Source: Candidatus Latescibacterota bacterium
Lineage (GTDB): Bacteria; Latescibacterota; UBA2968; UBA8231
Assembly: GCA_965219385.1 (NCBI GenBank)
Contig: CBDCNM010000002.1
Location: 1,088,639 to 1,152,638 of the forward strand
Direction: 5' to 3'
Length of the DNA: 64,000 nucleotides
In this document: positions 30,930 to 41,568 of the stretch, piece after piece
How the letters are laid out: every line of letters starts with the position of its first letter
Numbering within the stretch: position 1 is the stretch's first letter
Program-made: the position numbers and the translations under genes
Notes under the pieces: generated by a model
What the model saw: the letters and a program-made list of their open reading frames with translations, nothing else
Told to the model about the DNA's origin: nothing
The model's database searches: none

Positions 30930-30967
30930 CCAGAGGAAAAGCCAGGAAGGGGCCGGTTTAAAAATCC

Positions 30968-32440
30968 CTAGGTAAACCGCACCGCGTGCAAACGCGCTCG
31001 TCGCATCTGGAACCGCAGGCGGATCAGCTTGCCGGCCCAGGCGGAAAGATCCGACTCGCCATTCCACGTCACAGTGTGGTGCAAAACATCCCCCGAAATG
31101 GGGTCGCTGTCCGCGAAGGTGCGACCGGGAACGCTTGGCGACCCCGACCACTTGGTCTGCGCGGAAGCATCGGCCACCTCGCAGCGAATCCCGCCGCCGA
31201 ACTGCGTCCAGGCATTCACCTGCAGACGCCCCCCTTCAAAGGTGAATGGCACGGTGGAACACGCCCCCTCGGTCTCGGCTTCCAGGGAGGTGAAGCCGTC
31301 CTGCCGCCAGCTGGCCAGACATACATAACCCCGATGGGGCAGGCTCTCATACTGCCCTGGAAACTCGTACTGATTGTGGGTGCAGGGGCGCGGCGCAAGC
31401 GGCAGTGAACACTCGCCCGGGCGCAGGGAAATCAAATCGGAACCGGCGTAAATACTGCTTGCAAACCCCCTGCCCGGGTCTCCAAAAGGAATGATCGGTT
31501 CGCGGATCGGCCGCTCCCAGTGCCGGCCATCGCGGCTGGTCATCATGTGGATCTCGGTGTCGTCCAGACGGCGCTGATAGAAAGCAGGAAACATCAGATG
31601 CGCGTCAGCGTTCGGCCAGGCCACGTAGGAGTTGGCGTAGATATCGGTGTCCGGAGCGTCGTTCACATCCGGGGTGACGATCACCTCCGGCAGGGACCAG
31701 CTAGCGAAGTCATCCGTCTCGGCATAGGCAATGGTGCGCAGGGAGCGATGGCCGTGCGTTTTGCCCCTGAAGTAGCCGATGTAGCGCCCCTTCTCAGGGT
31801 CGAAACGCACCACGGTATGGGTATCGCTGCCGTAGCCGGAGATCAGGGGTTTCTCCAGGGTTGTGAAGTGCAGTCCGTCGGCGGAGACAGCGCCGTACAT
31901 GGAGCCCCTTTTGTGCTCGTCGATCCCCAGGGTCAGGAGCTTGTAGCGCTCGTGCGGCGGCGCGCCGGGGTCCTTGAACACCGGAGAGGCATGCCCGGCG
32001 TAGACCAGATTGTTGGCGGTCGAGCCGTTGCAGCAAATCGTGCCGATATTCGGTTTCTTCCAGTGGACCCCATCCGTCGACTCGGCGTAGACGAGAAAGT
32101 ATTCCTTTAAGATATCGTGGGAACCGTCCCCCTCCAGATCCAGACCCTCGCCAAAGTTCATGCTGTACATGCGGTAGAGCCCGTCGTCCTCGAAGATGGT
32201 CGCATAGCAGATGAAAAGCCCCTCGCTGGGGGTATCCGGCTCCACCAGCCGCTGGCGGTCGAGGCGTGGGTAGTGGGTGGAAATCCGCACTCCATAGGGC
32301 ATTTCCAGGGCCGGGTACATCCGCGGCTCCGCGGATTTTTCCTGGTCTTCGGCAGGGTTATAGCGCGCCAGGCCATTGCCCGGCTCGATCAGATCCCAGT
32401 CGCTGAAGACGTGATTCTTGTCGCTAAAGTGATACGGCAT
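30968..32440 (-). CDS. hypothetical beta-propeller glycoside-hydrolase-like protein
   Basis: Asp-box-like AESTDGVHW, SADGLHF, TSRDGRHW; C-terminal RQDGFTS..RLRFQMRRARL. Confidence 0.6.
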   Translation of the reverse strand: MPYHFSDKNHVFSDWDLIEPGNGLARYNPAEDQEKSAEPRMYPALEMPYGVRISTHYPRLDRQRLVEPDTPSEGLFICYATIFEDDGLYRMYSMNFGEGLDLEGDGSHDILKEYFLVYAESTDGVHWKKPNIGTICCNGSTANNLVYAGHASPVFKDPGAPPHERYKLLTLGIDEHKRGSMYGAVSADGLHFTTLEKPLISGYGSDTHTVVRFDPEKGRYIGYFRGKTHGHRSLRTIAYAETDDFASWSLPEVIVTPDVNDAPDTDIYANSYVAWPNADAHLMFPAFYQRRLDDTEIHMMTSRDGRHWERPIREPIIPFGDPGRGFASSIYAGSDLISLRPGECSLPLAPRPCTHNQYEFPGQYESLPHRGYVCLASWRQDGFTSLEAETEGACSTVPFTFEGGRLQVNAWTQFGGGIRCEVADASAQTKWSGSPSVPGRTFADSDPISGDVLHHTVTWNGESDLSAWAGKLIRLRFQMRRARLHAVRFT

Positions 32441-32457
32441 CCAGTACCTGCCTCCCT

Positions 32458-33507
32458 TTATTCGTTCCCCCAGGGAAACGATTCCACGTACAAAGACCGC
32501 TCTTGCGCGGGCAGGGCGACTCTGGCCCCGTCGCGCCTGGACGAGAGGTGAACGGCAAAGCCGATCTCGGTGGCCCGGCGGACCTGTTCCACATCGCAGG
32601 CCGTGCGCCCCCCCGTCCGCACGGCCCGAACCAGGTCCCGCACCATGGCCGCGCCGGCCGGCCAGGGGCCGGTCTCCGCGGGTAGCTCCAGTTTTTCCAG
32701 GCCTCCCTCTCCATCCCGCCAGATATAATTCTTCCGGGCATCGTCAAAAAGCAACAAACGCCCGCTTTCCCCTATGACCTCAAAACTCATGCGCGAATTT
32801 TCATGTTTCCCATCGGGGGTAAAGTACAGCACAAGCCCATTGGCCAGCCCGATCTGGCCCCGTCCAGGCGGGTCCAGGCGCCGGCGCGAATCCGCGCTCT
32901 CACCCGCGACATTGTCCACCAGTCCCCCGACCCACACCGGCTCCAGATCCCCTGCCAGCGCCAGCATGGCATCGTACCAGTGACAGCCGTGATTGATCAG
33001 GTTGGGTAGCCCGTAGGCGATCAGGCAGGTGACTTTGCCGATTGGGCCCGCGGCGATCAGGCGGCGCGCCTCCCGATAGCTCTCCACCCAGCGCCGATCC
33101 AGAGCCAGAAGCAACGGCACATCCCGACACGCAGCCACGATCCGGTCCGCTTCGGCCAGGCTCGTGGCCAGGGGCTTGTCGCACAGTACGCCTCGCACGC
33201 CGGCCCGGACCGCCTGCTCGATCTGCCCGGCGTGCTGGGTCTGGCGCGTGGCAATACACACCAGATCGGGCACTACCTGCTCGATCATCCGCTGGTAATC
33301 GTCGTAGGCCGGAACGCGACCCCAGACTCCTTCCCAACAATCCACGAACTGCGTCCGGGTATCTGCTCCGCGGTCGAAGACCGCCGCCACCTGGACCTGC
33401 GGCACGGCAGCAAACGCCGCGGCAAAATTGTGACTCCCGGGCGCCGGCTGCACCATGCGATGACAGCCGGCAATGGCCACCCGTAGCTTTTCCGTAGCCC
33501 GCTCCAC
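32458..33507 (-). CDS. Gfo/Idh/MocA family oxidoreductase
   Basis: LRVAIAGC, PDLVCIAT, LCDKPLA, NHGCHWYD. Start placed at GTG 33507 behind GAGG. Confidence 0.88.
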   Translation of the reverse strand: MERATEKLRVAIAGCHRMVQPAPGSHNFAAAFAAVPQVQVAAVFDRGADTRTQFVDCWEGVWGRVPAYDDYQRMIEQVVPDLVCIATRQTQHAGQIEQAVRAGVRGVLCDKPLATSLAEADRIVAACRDVPLLLALDRRWVESYREARRLIAAGPIGKVTCLIAYGLPNLINHGCHWYDAMLALAGDLEPVWVGGLVDNVAGESADSRRRLDPPGRGQIGLANGLVLYFTPDGKHENSRMSFEVIGESGRLLLFDDARKNYIWRDGEGGLEKLELPAETGPWPAGAAMVRDLVRAVRTGGRTACDVEQVRRATEIGFAVHLSSRRDGARVALPAQERSLYVESFPWGNE

Positions 33508-33518
33508 CTTTGTTTTCC

Positions 33519-34250
33519 TCACTGGTAAATCTGCGTCGTCGGCTTGATGACCAGTTCCGGCACGCAGGCCCGGGGCGGCAGAGCGGCAACGAATAAAGCC
33601 GCCGCGGCCAGATCCTCCGGCTGCAGGATCCGCGCCCGGTGCTCGGGGCCGACCGGCTCGGGGCGCAACTCCAAAATCGGGGTCTCGACCTCGCCCGGGC
33701 AGATGGCACAGGCCCGAATCCCGTAGTCCATCTCTTCTTCGTTGAGGACGTGGTTCAAAGCCACCATGCCATGCTTGGAAGCCGAGTAGGCGGCGCCTCC
33801 CAGCTTGCCGGCGCGCAGCCCGGCGGTCGAGGAGACATTGATGATCAGGCCGTCTTTTTGGTCCCGCATCCCGGGCAGGACCGCGCGGACAAAGTTGAAG
33901 GCGCCGGTCAGGTTGACGGCTATGGTGCGATCCCATTCCGCCGGATCCACCTCGGCTATGGTGCGGGGGTTGCTGTTGGTCCCCGCATTGTTGACCAGGA
34001 TATCGACCGGGCCGAAGACCTCCTCCACCTGCTCGACCACCGTGTGGGCGGCTTCTCGGTCGGCAACATCGCATGGACAGCACAGCACTCGCTCCGCGGC
34101 CAGGCCGGCCGCAGCCTCCTCCAGCTTCTCCGGGCGCCGGCCCACCATGGCCACGCGCCCTCCACCCTCGACAAAACCGGTGGCGATGGCGCGGCCGATC
34201 CCGGTACCCGCTCCGGTCACTATGACGACCTTGTTCCTGAATTGTCCCAT
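33519..34250 (-). CDS. SDR family oxidoreductase
   Basis: TGAGTGIG, NNAG, YSASK, PGEVET. Confidence 0.93.
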   Translation of the reverse strand: MGQFRNKVVIVTGAGTGIGRAIATGFVEGGGRVAMVGRRPEKLEEAAAGLAAERVLCCPCDVADREAAHTVVEQVEEVFGPVDILVNNAGTNSNPRTIAEVDPAEWDRTIAVNLTGAFNFVRAVLPGMRDQKDGLIINVSSTAGLRAGKLGGAAYSASKHGMVALNHVLNEEEMDYGIRACAICPGEVETPILELRPEPVGPEHRARILQPEDLAAAALFVAALPPRACVPELVIKPTTQIYQ

Positions 34251-34324
34251 TGATCTCCTTTCTTATTGAATAAGATCCTGTCATTCAATATTACCACACC
34301 ATGGCGGTGCCATCAAGTTTGTAA

Positions 34325-35254
34325 GAAGCCGTCTGAAAACCCTCTGATGTAGTCGCATTTGAACGGGCGTACTCATCGAGCCATATTCAGGTTTCACCAC
34401 AAACTCTGAACAGAAAGGCTTGTATGATGAGTACACCGCGTATGCAATATGCCACCGATCTAACCGATGCACAATGGCAGCGGATCGAACCGTTGCTGCC
34501 CGCGCCGCGCTGGCGGCTTCACGGTCCGGGTCGGCCGCCGCGGGATCGACGCCAGCTTGTCAACGGCCTTTTGTATTTGAACAAGACGGGGTGTCCTTGG
34601 GCGTTGTTGCCTGCTTGTTTTGGGCCGTGGAAAACGGTGTATGATTACTTTCGTCGCTGGAGCCTGCAAGGGGTCTGGCCGCTGGTGTTGGATCGGCTGA
34701 CTAAGAGGGAGCGCCGCCAGAGCGGCCGGGCTGCGATGCCGTCGGCTGGCGTAGTCGATAGTCAGACGATTAAGACCGCAACGCATGGTAAAACAACCGG
34801 TTATGACACCGGCAAAAAGATCAAAGGCCGCAAACGGCATCTGTTGGTGGACCCGTCGGGTTTGCTTCGACAGGTGGTGGTCACCGCCGCCGATGTCGAG
34901 GATCGAGAGGGTTTGAAGCAGGTGTTGACCCGCTTGAAGGCCGCCGGCGTGGCTCGGTTACGCAAGCTGTGGGTTGATGGCGGCTACCAAGGCGAGGCCA
35001 TCCGAACGTGGGTGGCCAACCAAAAAAAGACGCACAAAATAGACTTGGAAGTCGTCGCCAAACAAGGCTCCGGATTTACCGTAGTTAAACGCCGGTGGGT
35101 CGTCGAGCGCACGTTTGCGTGGTTGATGAATTTTCGCCGACATGCCCGAGATTATGAGGTCTTGACCCGCCATAGTGAAGCCTTGATCCAGATTGCCATG
35201 ATCCACTTGCTACTTAAACGAATCAAATGAAAATTAGAGTTTTCAGACGGCTTC
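34325..35254 (+). mobile_element. IS5-family insertion sequence (IS1031-like), 930 bp
   Basis: TIRs GAAGCCGTCTGAAAAC / GTTTTCAGACGGCTTC; TAA duplicated at 34322-34324 and 35255-35257. Confidence 0.93.
34424..35230 (+). CDS. IS5-family transposase
   Basis: YATDLTDAQW, TGCPWALLP, DSQTIK, KGRKRHLLVD, DGGY, RWVVERTFAW. Confidence 0.95.
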   Translation: MMSTPRMQYATDLTDAQWQRIEPLLPAPRWRLHGPGRPPRDRRQLVNGLLYLNKTGCPWALLPACFGPWKTVYDYFRRWSLQGVWPLVLDRLTKRERRQSGRAAMPSAGVVDSQTIKTATHGKTTGYDTGKKIKGRKRHLLVDPSGLLRQVVVTAADVEDREGLKQVLTRLKAAGVARLRKLWVDGGYQGEAIRTWVANQKKTHKIDLEVVAKQGSGFTVVKRRWVVERTFAWLMNFRRHARDYEVLTRHSEALIQIAMIHLLLKRIK

Positions 35255-35258
35255 TAAG

Positions 35259-36705
35259 CTCGATTTTATCCAAACGCGCATGGCAGGAGGCCGGTATCCT
35301 CCGTACTGTTGATGGTATCCAAGCATCGACAGCCCAGGAGAAACCGATGAGCCCCCTGCCGAAAGATATAATAACGATTTTGTCGCCCTTTGCCCCCCTT
35401 TTTTCGAGCCGCGTTTGGCCGCAGGCTCAGACGCTGTTGGTCGGGGCGCTGTTAGCCCTGGGTAAACGCACGGTCAGCGCCGTGTTGGAGGTGTTGGGCT
35501 TGAGCCAACAGCCTACCTTTCAAACCTACCACCGGATCCTCAACCGCTGTGTGTGGTCGCCCCTGGCCGGCAGTAAGCTACTCCTCCAGGCGTTGGTGGC
35601 CGCCTTTGCCCCCCACGGGCCCCTGGTCCTGGGCCTGGATGAGACCATCGAGCGGCGCCGGGGCGCCCAGATTGGGGCCCGAGGCATCTACCGGGATCCC
35701 GTCCGCTCGAGTGGGCCCCACCTGGTCAAGGCTAGCGGCTTGCGCTGGCTGTCGTTGATGCTGGTAGCGCCTATCCCTTGGGCGGATCGAAGTTGGGCCT
35801 TACCCTTTATGAGTGTGCTGTGTCCGTCGGCCCGCTACTATACTCAGCGCCAGCGCACCCCCCTCACCCTGTTGCAACGGGGGCAGACTATGCTCAAGCT
35901 GGTAGCGCGCTGGCTGCCCACCCGCCGGCTGGTCGTGGTCGCCGATAGCACCTTCTCCGCCTTGGCCTTTCTCGACGCGGTTCGGCCCCACGTGGGGCTG
36001 ATTACCCGCTTGCGGTTGGATGCGGCCCTGTATGACCCACCACCAACCCGCACGCCGCACACGCGGGGACGCCCCCGCGGCAAAGGCGCCCGGCAGCCCA
36101 CCCTCCAGCAGCACCTGGACGATCCGACTACCCCTTGGCACCCCCTCACCCTGGACCGGTGGTATGCCGCCGGCCCCTATACAGTGGAAACCTACAGCCA
36201 AACGGCGCTGTGGTATCACACTGGCTTGCCCGCCGTGCCCCTCCGCTGGCTGCTGATCCGAGACCCGGCCGGCCGCTTCGCGCCCCAAGCCTTGCTCTCG
36301 ACCGATGTGCGTCTGTCCCCTCGGCAAATGCTGACCTATTTTCTCCAACGCTGGTCGGTAGAAACTACCTTTGAGGAAGCCCGCGCCCATCTGGGCATGG
36401 AAACCCAACGCCAATGGAATGAGCGGGCCATTGCCCGGACCACGCCGGTCATCTTGGCCTTGTTTAGTCTGGTCGCCCTCATCGCCAATCGGCTGGCCCC
36501 CAAAAGCGCCTCCCCCTGCCATGCCACGGCCTGGTATGGCAAACGAAAACCCACCTTTTCCGATGCCGTGGCCTGGGTCCGACAACGGCTCTGGCAGGCT
36601 TTTTCCAACCTGCCCAACCAACACGACCTGATAAAAATCCCTCGAAGCCTACTCAACCGCTTGATACACACCGTCTCGTACGCTACATAAATGGATAAAG
36701 TCGAG
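35259..36705 (+). mobile_element. IS701-family insertion sequence, copy 1 (1447 bp)
   Basis: TIRs CTCGATTTTATCCA / TGGATAAAGTCGAG; CTAAG duplicated at 35254-35258 and 36706-36710. Confidence 0.92.
35347..36690 (+). CDS. IS701-family DDE transposase
   Basis: LDETIERRRG..YRDPVRSS, VVADSTF, RWSVETTFEEARAHLG; RBS AGGAG before ATG 35347. Confidence 0.9.
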   Translation: MSPLPKDIITILSPFAPLFSSRVWPQAQTLLVGALLALGKRTVSAVLEVLGLSQQPTFQTYHRILNRCVWSPLAGSKLLLQALVAAFAPHGPLVLGLDETIERRRGAQIGARGIYRDPVRSSGPHLVKASGLRWLSLMLVAPIPWADRSWALPFMSVLCPSARYYTQRQRTPLTLLQRGQTMLKLVARWLPTRRLVVVADSTFSALAFLDAVRPHVGLITRLRLDAALYDPPPTRTPHTRGRPRGKGARQPTLQQHLDDPTTPWHPLTLDRWYAAGPYTVETYSQTALWYHTGLPAVPLRWLLIRDPAGRFAPQALLSTDVRLSPRQMLTYFLQRWSVETTFEEARAHLGMETQRQWNERAIARTTPVILALFSLVALIANRLAPKSASPCHATAWYGKRKPTFSDAVAWVRQRLWQAFSNLPNQHDLIKIPRSLLNRLIHTVSYAT

Positions 36706-36998
36706 CTAAGAGGCTAAAAGACCCTTTCCTACTTGCGACCCTGCACCACAGATCTTAGGTTACTTGAAAGCGACAGGTGCGGAGCTATCTTTTAGGCGGC
36801 CTTTTTCAGGTTTAGGTGTAGGGTATGTTCGAGCTGCTGGTGGGCGATCTGCCACGCGAACTGGCGCTTCAAGGTAAAGGCACTCCACGGACCGTGCGCC
36901 GGAATATCGCGATAGCGCAATCGGATCAGCCGCTCGATGTTGGCCTTTAATCCCGGTAGGGGCAGGACCCTGCCAAGGAAAAGAATGTCTCGCCCGCC

Positions 36999-38064
36999 AT
37001 GACTCACACACCGAATCTTTATTCTTTTGCGACCAAGGAACTCGCTCAGGACGCGACCATCGCCTACATCCTCGCGTGGGCCCATCCTGCATATCGCGAA
37101 TCGCCTCCTCGTCTCCACCGACTTGGCACAGCCCTGCTGCGCGCTCTTCTCGCTCGGCCGAACGGGGAGACCGACATCCCGGCGATTACCTCGATTCACG
37201 TCGAAACCCAAGTTGACCACATTGACGTGCTGGCGCGGATCAATGACGAAGAAAGCGATGGCATCGTTCTTGTCATCGAGGACAAGGTGGGAACTGATGA
37301 GCGCTCGCACCACGCACCAGATCGAGGGGTACATTAAAACTACCAAGGCACATTATCCAGACCGGAAGATCGTTCCGGTGTACATGAAGACCATGAACGC
37401 CTCGTAGCGGAACCTGCCGCCCGAGGAGAAATGCCGTCACTTCCTGCGAGGCGATCTGCTCGAAGTGCTAACGAAATTTCGCGACATCGGCGACACCATT
37501 GTCGACAACTTCCGTGTGCATCTCGAGAGGTGGGAAGAAAGGACAAATAGTTACCTTCATGTAAAGCCATGCGAGTGGGAGTGGTGGCGTCGACAAGGCT
37601 TCTATACCGAGCTGGAGAAACGGATGCCGAAGGAGCCTCGGTGGAACTGGCCGGGTGGGGGATACGCAGCCAATCCGGCGGGAGGCATTCTCTATTTTGC
37701 CTTCGCCGGAAACTCTGTGGCGCGGAACTCGCATGGAATCACTGTGTATCTCCAGATCGAGAACGCGACCCGATTGACCGTGCGCCTCGGCAGCTGGACG
37801 GAGGGGGGGCCGAGGATTCGGGCGCCGCTCATGTACGAGGTGTTGGGGTTATTGGAGGAGAGCGCCCGGCAGGCTGGCGACTTCGAGATCAAAAAGGCTG
37901 GCCGATTTCGCGGTGGCGGAAGTGCGGCGGTCGCGGAGGTAACTTTCGCAGACGGGAAGAACTATCTCGCCCTTGACGGCCAGGGTATCCTGGACATGGA
38001 CCGGACAGTGCGGCGCCTCGACCGAATGCGGGAGATTGTAGCCGAGGTCGCGAGCCGACTGTGA
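36999..38064 (+). pseudogene. PD-(D/E)XK nuclease-family pseudogene
   Basis: ATKELAQDA..IDVL..VIEDK; frameshift from a 7-bp duplication (CGCACCA x2, 37306-37319) and an in-frame TAG at 37405. Confidence 0.7.
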
Positions 38065-38091
38065 CAGTGGTCGGCGGGGAGGAAGCTAGAC

Positions 38092-38331
38092 GTGGTAACA
38101 GAGATGCTCTGGAAGGACGCCATCCGCGAGGTTCTGAAGGGAGCAGGCCAACCGCTCCACATCAACGACATCATTGCAGCGGTCAAGGCCCAGGGTCTGC
38201 GCCAGAATTTGCCCAAGAATGCCTACGTCGTGGTCTCCACAATTCTCGGCAATCTGGCGAAGGAAGAAAACGTTCTTCAACTCGGTGTCGGCGTGGTATC
38301 CCCGTCCGGAACGATCCGCCACGATGAGTGA
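38092..38331 (+). CDS. small winged-HTH protein (HARE-HTH-like), possibly truncated
   Basis: WKDAIREVLKGAGQPLHINDII pattern; runs into the next start codon. Confidence 0.55.
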   Translation: MVTEMLWKDAIREVLKGAGQPLHINDIIAAVKAQGLRQNLPKNAYVVVSTILGNLAKEENVLQLGVGVVSPSGTIRHDE

Positions 38332-39826
38332 TCGAACGTTCAGAATCGGCGTCGGCGGGCTGATCCAGGAGTCGCACTCCTTCTCGCCGGCGAGCTCGTC
38401 CCTGGAACGGTTTCATTCCGGGCTCTACCTGCGGGGGCGCGAAGTGTTCGAGACGCTCGGAAGCTGCAGGCACGAGGTGGCAGGGGCGCTGAGCGAGCTG
38501 CACGAGGCGGCCGAGCCGCTATTCTTCGCCTTCGCGGCGGCGTCGGGCCGGCCGCTGGACGATGCGACGTACGGTCATCTGCAGGAGCAGTTGGTGAGCG
38601 CCATCCGCGACGCCTGCGCGCTCGACGGTTTGCTGTTGGTCACGCACGGGGCGATGGCCACCGAGGCGGACGATGACGGTACCGGGCGCCTGTATGCGGC
38701 CATCCGCGCGCTGGTCGGCCCGGATCTGCCGATCGTGGCCACCATCGACTGTCACGCCAACGTGACCCAACGCATGGTCGATCTCACCGACGCGATGGTC
38801 TTCTATCACACGCAGCCGCATGTCGATCATGTCGAGACCGGCGCACGCGGCGCGCAGATACTGATGGGGCTCCTGAATGGCAGGCCCCGGCCCGCGAAGG
38901 CGTATCGATCCCTGCCGATGGTGCTGCCGGGCGAGAACGGCAACACGACAGGAGGAGCGTTCGAGCCGGTGATGCGAGAGGTGGTCAGCACCGAGGAGCA
39001 GCCCGGAATCCTTTCGGCTGGTGCGTGCGCGGTGCAGCCCTGGATGGATCTGGCAGAGTACGGTTGCTCGGTGATCGTCTACGCCGACCAGCAACCGCTC
39101 GCAGATCGCGAGGCGGATCGGTTGGCCGGGATCTTCTGGGACGCTCGGCATGAGTTCGTACCGAACCTGACGAGCGTGGACGATGCGATCGCCCAGGCGG
39201 TCGCTCCTGGCTACGGGACGTTCGTCTTCGGGGACAGCGCCGACGCACCGGGATCGGGCGCCACCGGCGACAGCACGGCCCTGCTGCAGGCGTTGCTCGA
39301 CGCCGATTTCCAGCGCACGGCGCTTCTCAATATCGTCGACGCGGCGGCAGTCGATGCGGCCGAAGCTGCTGGGATCGGGGCGGAGGTCCGGCTCTCGATC
39401 GGCGCCTCGCTCGACCAGCGTTTCTACCGCCCGGTGCCGATCGTCGCCCGTGTCGCGGCGCTGTGCGCCGGTCGCTTCCGGCACGAGACCGCGGCCAACA
39501 CCGGATTCCCGTTCGACATGGGCGGCGTCGCAGTGCTGGAGGTCGGGTCGATTGCCGTCATGGCGCTGCGGCGCGCCGTGGTGCAGTGGGACCCGGAGAT
39601 GTACCGGTGCGCCGGGCTGGAGCCGACGCGGTTTCGGGTGGTACAGGTGAAATCACCCGGCGGCTTCCGGAATGCCTACGGGCCTCTGGCCGAAAGGATC
39701 TTCATCGTGGATCTGCCCGGCCTGTGCAGCCCGAACTTCGCGCTGTTCCCGTGGAAGCGGGTGCGCCGTCCGATCTTCCCGCTCGACGACATCCGCGAGC
39801 CAACCCCCTGGCGCGCGGCGAGCTGA
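38324..39826 (+). CDS. M81 family metallopeptidase (MlrC-like)
   Basis: QESHSFSP, HGAM, DCHAN, PHVD, DSADAPGSG, VKSPGGFR. Confidence 0.9.
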   Translation: MSDRTFRIGVGGLIQESHSFSPASSSLERFHSGLYLRGREVFETLGSCRHEVAGALSELHEAAEPLFFAFAAASGRPLDDATYGHLQEQLVSAIRDACALDGLLLVTHGAMATEADDDGTGRLYAAIRALVGPDLPIVATIDCHANVTQRMVDLTDAMVFYHTQPHVDHVETGARGAQILMGLLNGRPRPAKAYRSLPMVLPGENGNTTGGAFEPVMREVVSTEEQPGILSAGACAVQPWMDLAEYGCSVIVYADQQPLADREADRLAGIFWDARHEFVPNLTSVDDAIAQAVAPGYGTFVFGDSADAPGSGATGDSTALLQALLDADFQRTALLNIVDAAAVDAAEAAGIGAEVRLSIGASLDQRFYRPVPIVARVAALCAGRFRHETAANTGFPFDMGGVAVLEVGSIAVMALRRAVVQWDPEMYRCAGLEPTRFRVVQVKSPGGFRNAYGPLAERIFIVDLPGLCSPNFALFPWKRVRRPIFPLDDIREPTPWRAAS

Positions 39827-39841
39827 ACGGCGTAGCGCCTC

Positions 39842-40746
39842 ATGTACCTCTCCTACTCCCGGGAACACGCGTTCAAGGAAATCGGTGAGACCCAGGCAGC
39901 TCTTCATCGACGACGACGTCATAGCGAGCGTCCAGAACATCACACGGCGACATCACTCGCCCCGCAAGCACCCCGACAACCCCCTGATCAGCCGTGATCG
40001 GCCGTGGCTGGTCGGATCCCATCATGGCGTTCGAGGCGGGCCCCGACGACAACCTCGACGACGGGCTCTACGGATTCGTCCCCTGGCGTGTTGATGAGAT
40101 GCACCTGGGTCTGCTGAACGTCTTCCACCAGGTAGACAACGTGATGGAGGTCTACCTGCACTACGGCCGTGACGGACGCCGGTGGAAACGCCTGCACGAG
40201 CATCGACCGCTCATCCCCCGCGGTCCCGAACCGTACGACCAGCTCGGTGCCGAAACGCCTTCCACGCCGATCGAGGTCGGCGACGAGATCTGGATCTACT
40301 ACGGAGGCATGAACGTCCATCACGACTGGTGGATCTCAGGCAAGGCCGCCGGCCTGGACCTTCCCGAGGTCAACGACCGCGAGCTGTCGCGCGATGGCCA
40401 TCATCTCTGTCTGGCGACGTTGCGGCTGGACGGCTGGGTCTCACTGACCGCCGGCGTCTACACGGGGATAGTGGAGACGAAGCCGGTCTTCTCGATGGCA
40501 CCCTGTCTCGCGATCAACGCGTGCTGCCGGCCGGGCGGGTTCGTCGAGGTCGAGGTCACCGACACCTCCGGACAGCCGTTGGACGGGTACGGGCGCGAGG
40601 AGTGTGTGCGGTTCACCGCAGATGCGGTGCGTCACCGGGTCCGGTGGTCCGGGCGGGACGCGGTGAACGCCGAGCCGCGCGGAATCAAGCTGCGGTTCCA
40701 CCTGCGCGACGCCGATCTGTACGGGTTCCGCTTCGAACCGGAGTAG
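39842..40746 (+). pseudogene. frameshifted, internally deleted hydrolase-like gene (same type as 30968-32440)
   Basis: RQLFIDDD..PRKHPDNPLI..PW jumps to a C-terminal half (RDGRRW, IYYGG, LRLDGWVS, KLRFHLRDADLY) in another frame. Confidence 0.7.
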
Positions 40747-40824
40747 GGTCTGTCGGGCGCGGCACTTCCCCCTTCGCCCCGGATTGGTAATGATCAGCGC
40801 ACAGGCCGACGCTATCCGAAGCCG

Positions 40825-40990
40825 ATCACCGCGTTCGCAGCGCACGCGAAAGAGGCGAAGTGGGCCAAAGACGGATTGAGGCCCTACTTCGCGTATCGCG
40901 ATCTGGGCATCAAGGACGCCACGCACGGCAGGGTGTTGGCGCAGGTCATCAGGGCAGACGAGCCGAGCAAGGGCCCGATAGGCTATGGGG
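40825..40990 (+). pseudogene. fragment of a cupin-like gene
   Basis: Reads KDGLRPYFAYRDLGIKDATHGRVLAQVIRA, with no intact start or C-terminus. Confidence 0.45.
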
Positions 40991-41268
40991 TGGGAGGAGG
41001 CGGAGCCTCGACGGCAACCGTGGTGGATTGACGGGGATCCACTCAATAACGGCTTCTAAAAGATCGGAGTTTGAGGGCCTAACAGCCGAAAATAAAATTA
41101 AGTAGAGGAGGGGAGTAACTTACTGTTTTTTAACAACTTTAGCGCGAAGATTAGCGGCTCAAGGCACGATCCCGTCCGCAGAGACGGTAATATGAGCCAC
41201 CCCCTCCACTTTAAGCCGGGTCAGCCGCATTATCGAATCCGCGTAAGGAGAGGAGAACGGGGGAGGCC

Positions 41269-41568
41269 ATGCACGAATTCGACATCGCGTCGGGCGCTCT
41301 GCCCAACGCGGTCGACGGCGAGTACTGGTTTGAGGAGGTCCGTGACATCAGCGGGGTGGTGGTGCGCTTCTGCGGCGATGTGCCCAGGCGCATCCGGCTC
41401 GACTGCTGGAGGAAGCGGTGGCCGCAGGTGCGCGTCGAGGAACACAGCGACCTGGAAGACCCGGCGGAGTTCGGCTGGACGGCAACCGACGACTGGTTCA
41501 ACGGGGCCTGGCAGTCGAGCCGGACCGTGCGCTCGGACACGAAGCGTGCCCAGCTGGGCGGCCGCTGA
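41269..41568 (+). CDS. hypothetical protein, 99 aa
   Basis: GGAGG RBS and protein-like composition; no family recognised. Confidence 0.5.
   Translation: MHEFDIASGALPNAVDGEYWFEEVRDISGVVVRFCGDVPRRIRLDCWRKRWPQVRVEEHSDLEDPAEFGWTATDDWFNGAWQSSRTVRSDTKRAQLGGR

Noticed and set aside
32458..34284. 608-aa ORF as a single fusion protein
   Set aside because: The N-terminal part is an off-frame overlap of the SDR gene; the oxidoreductase begins at ~33507.
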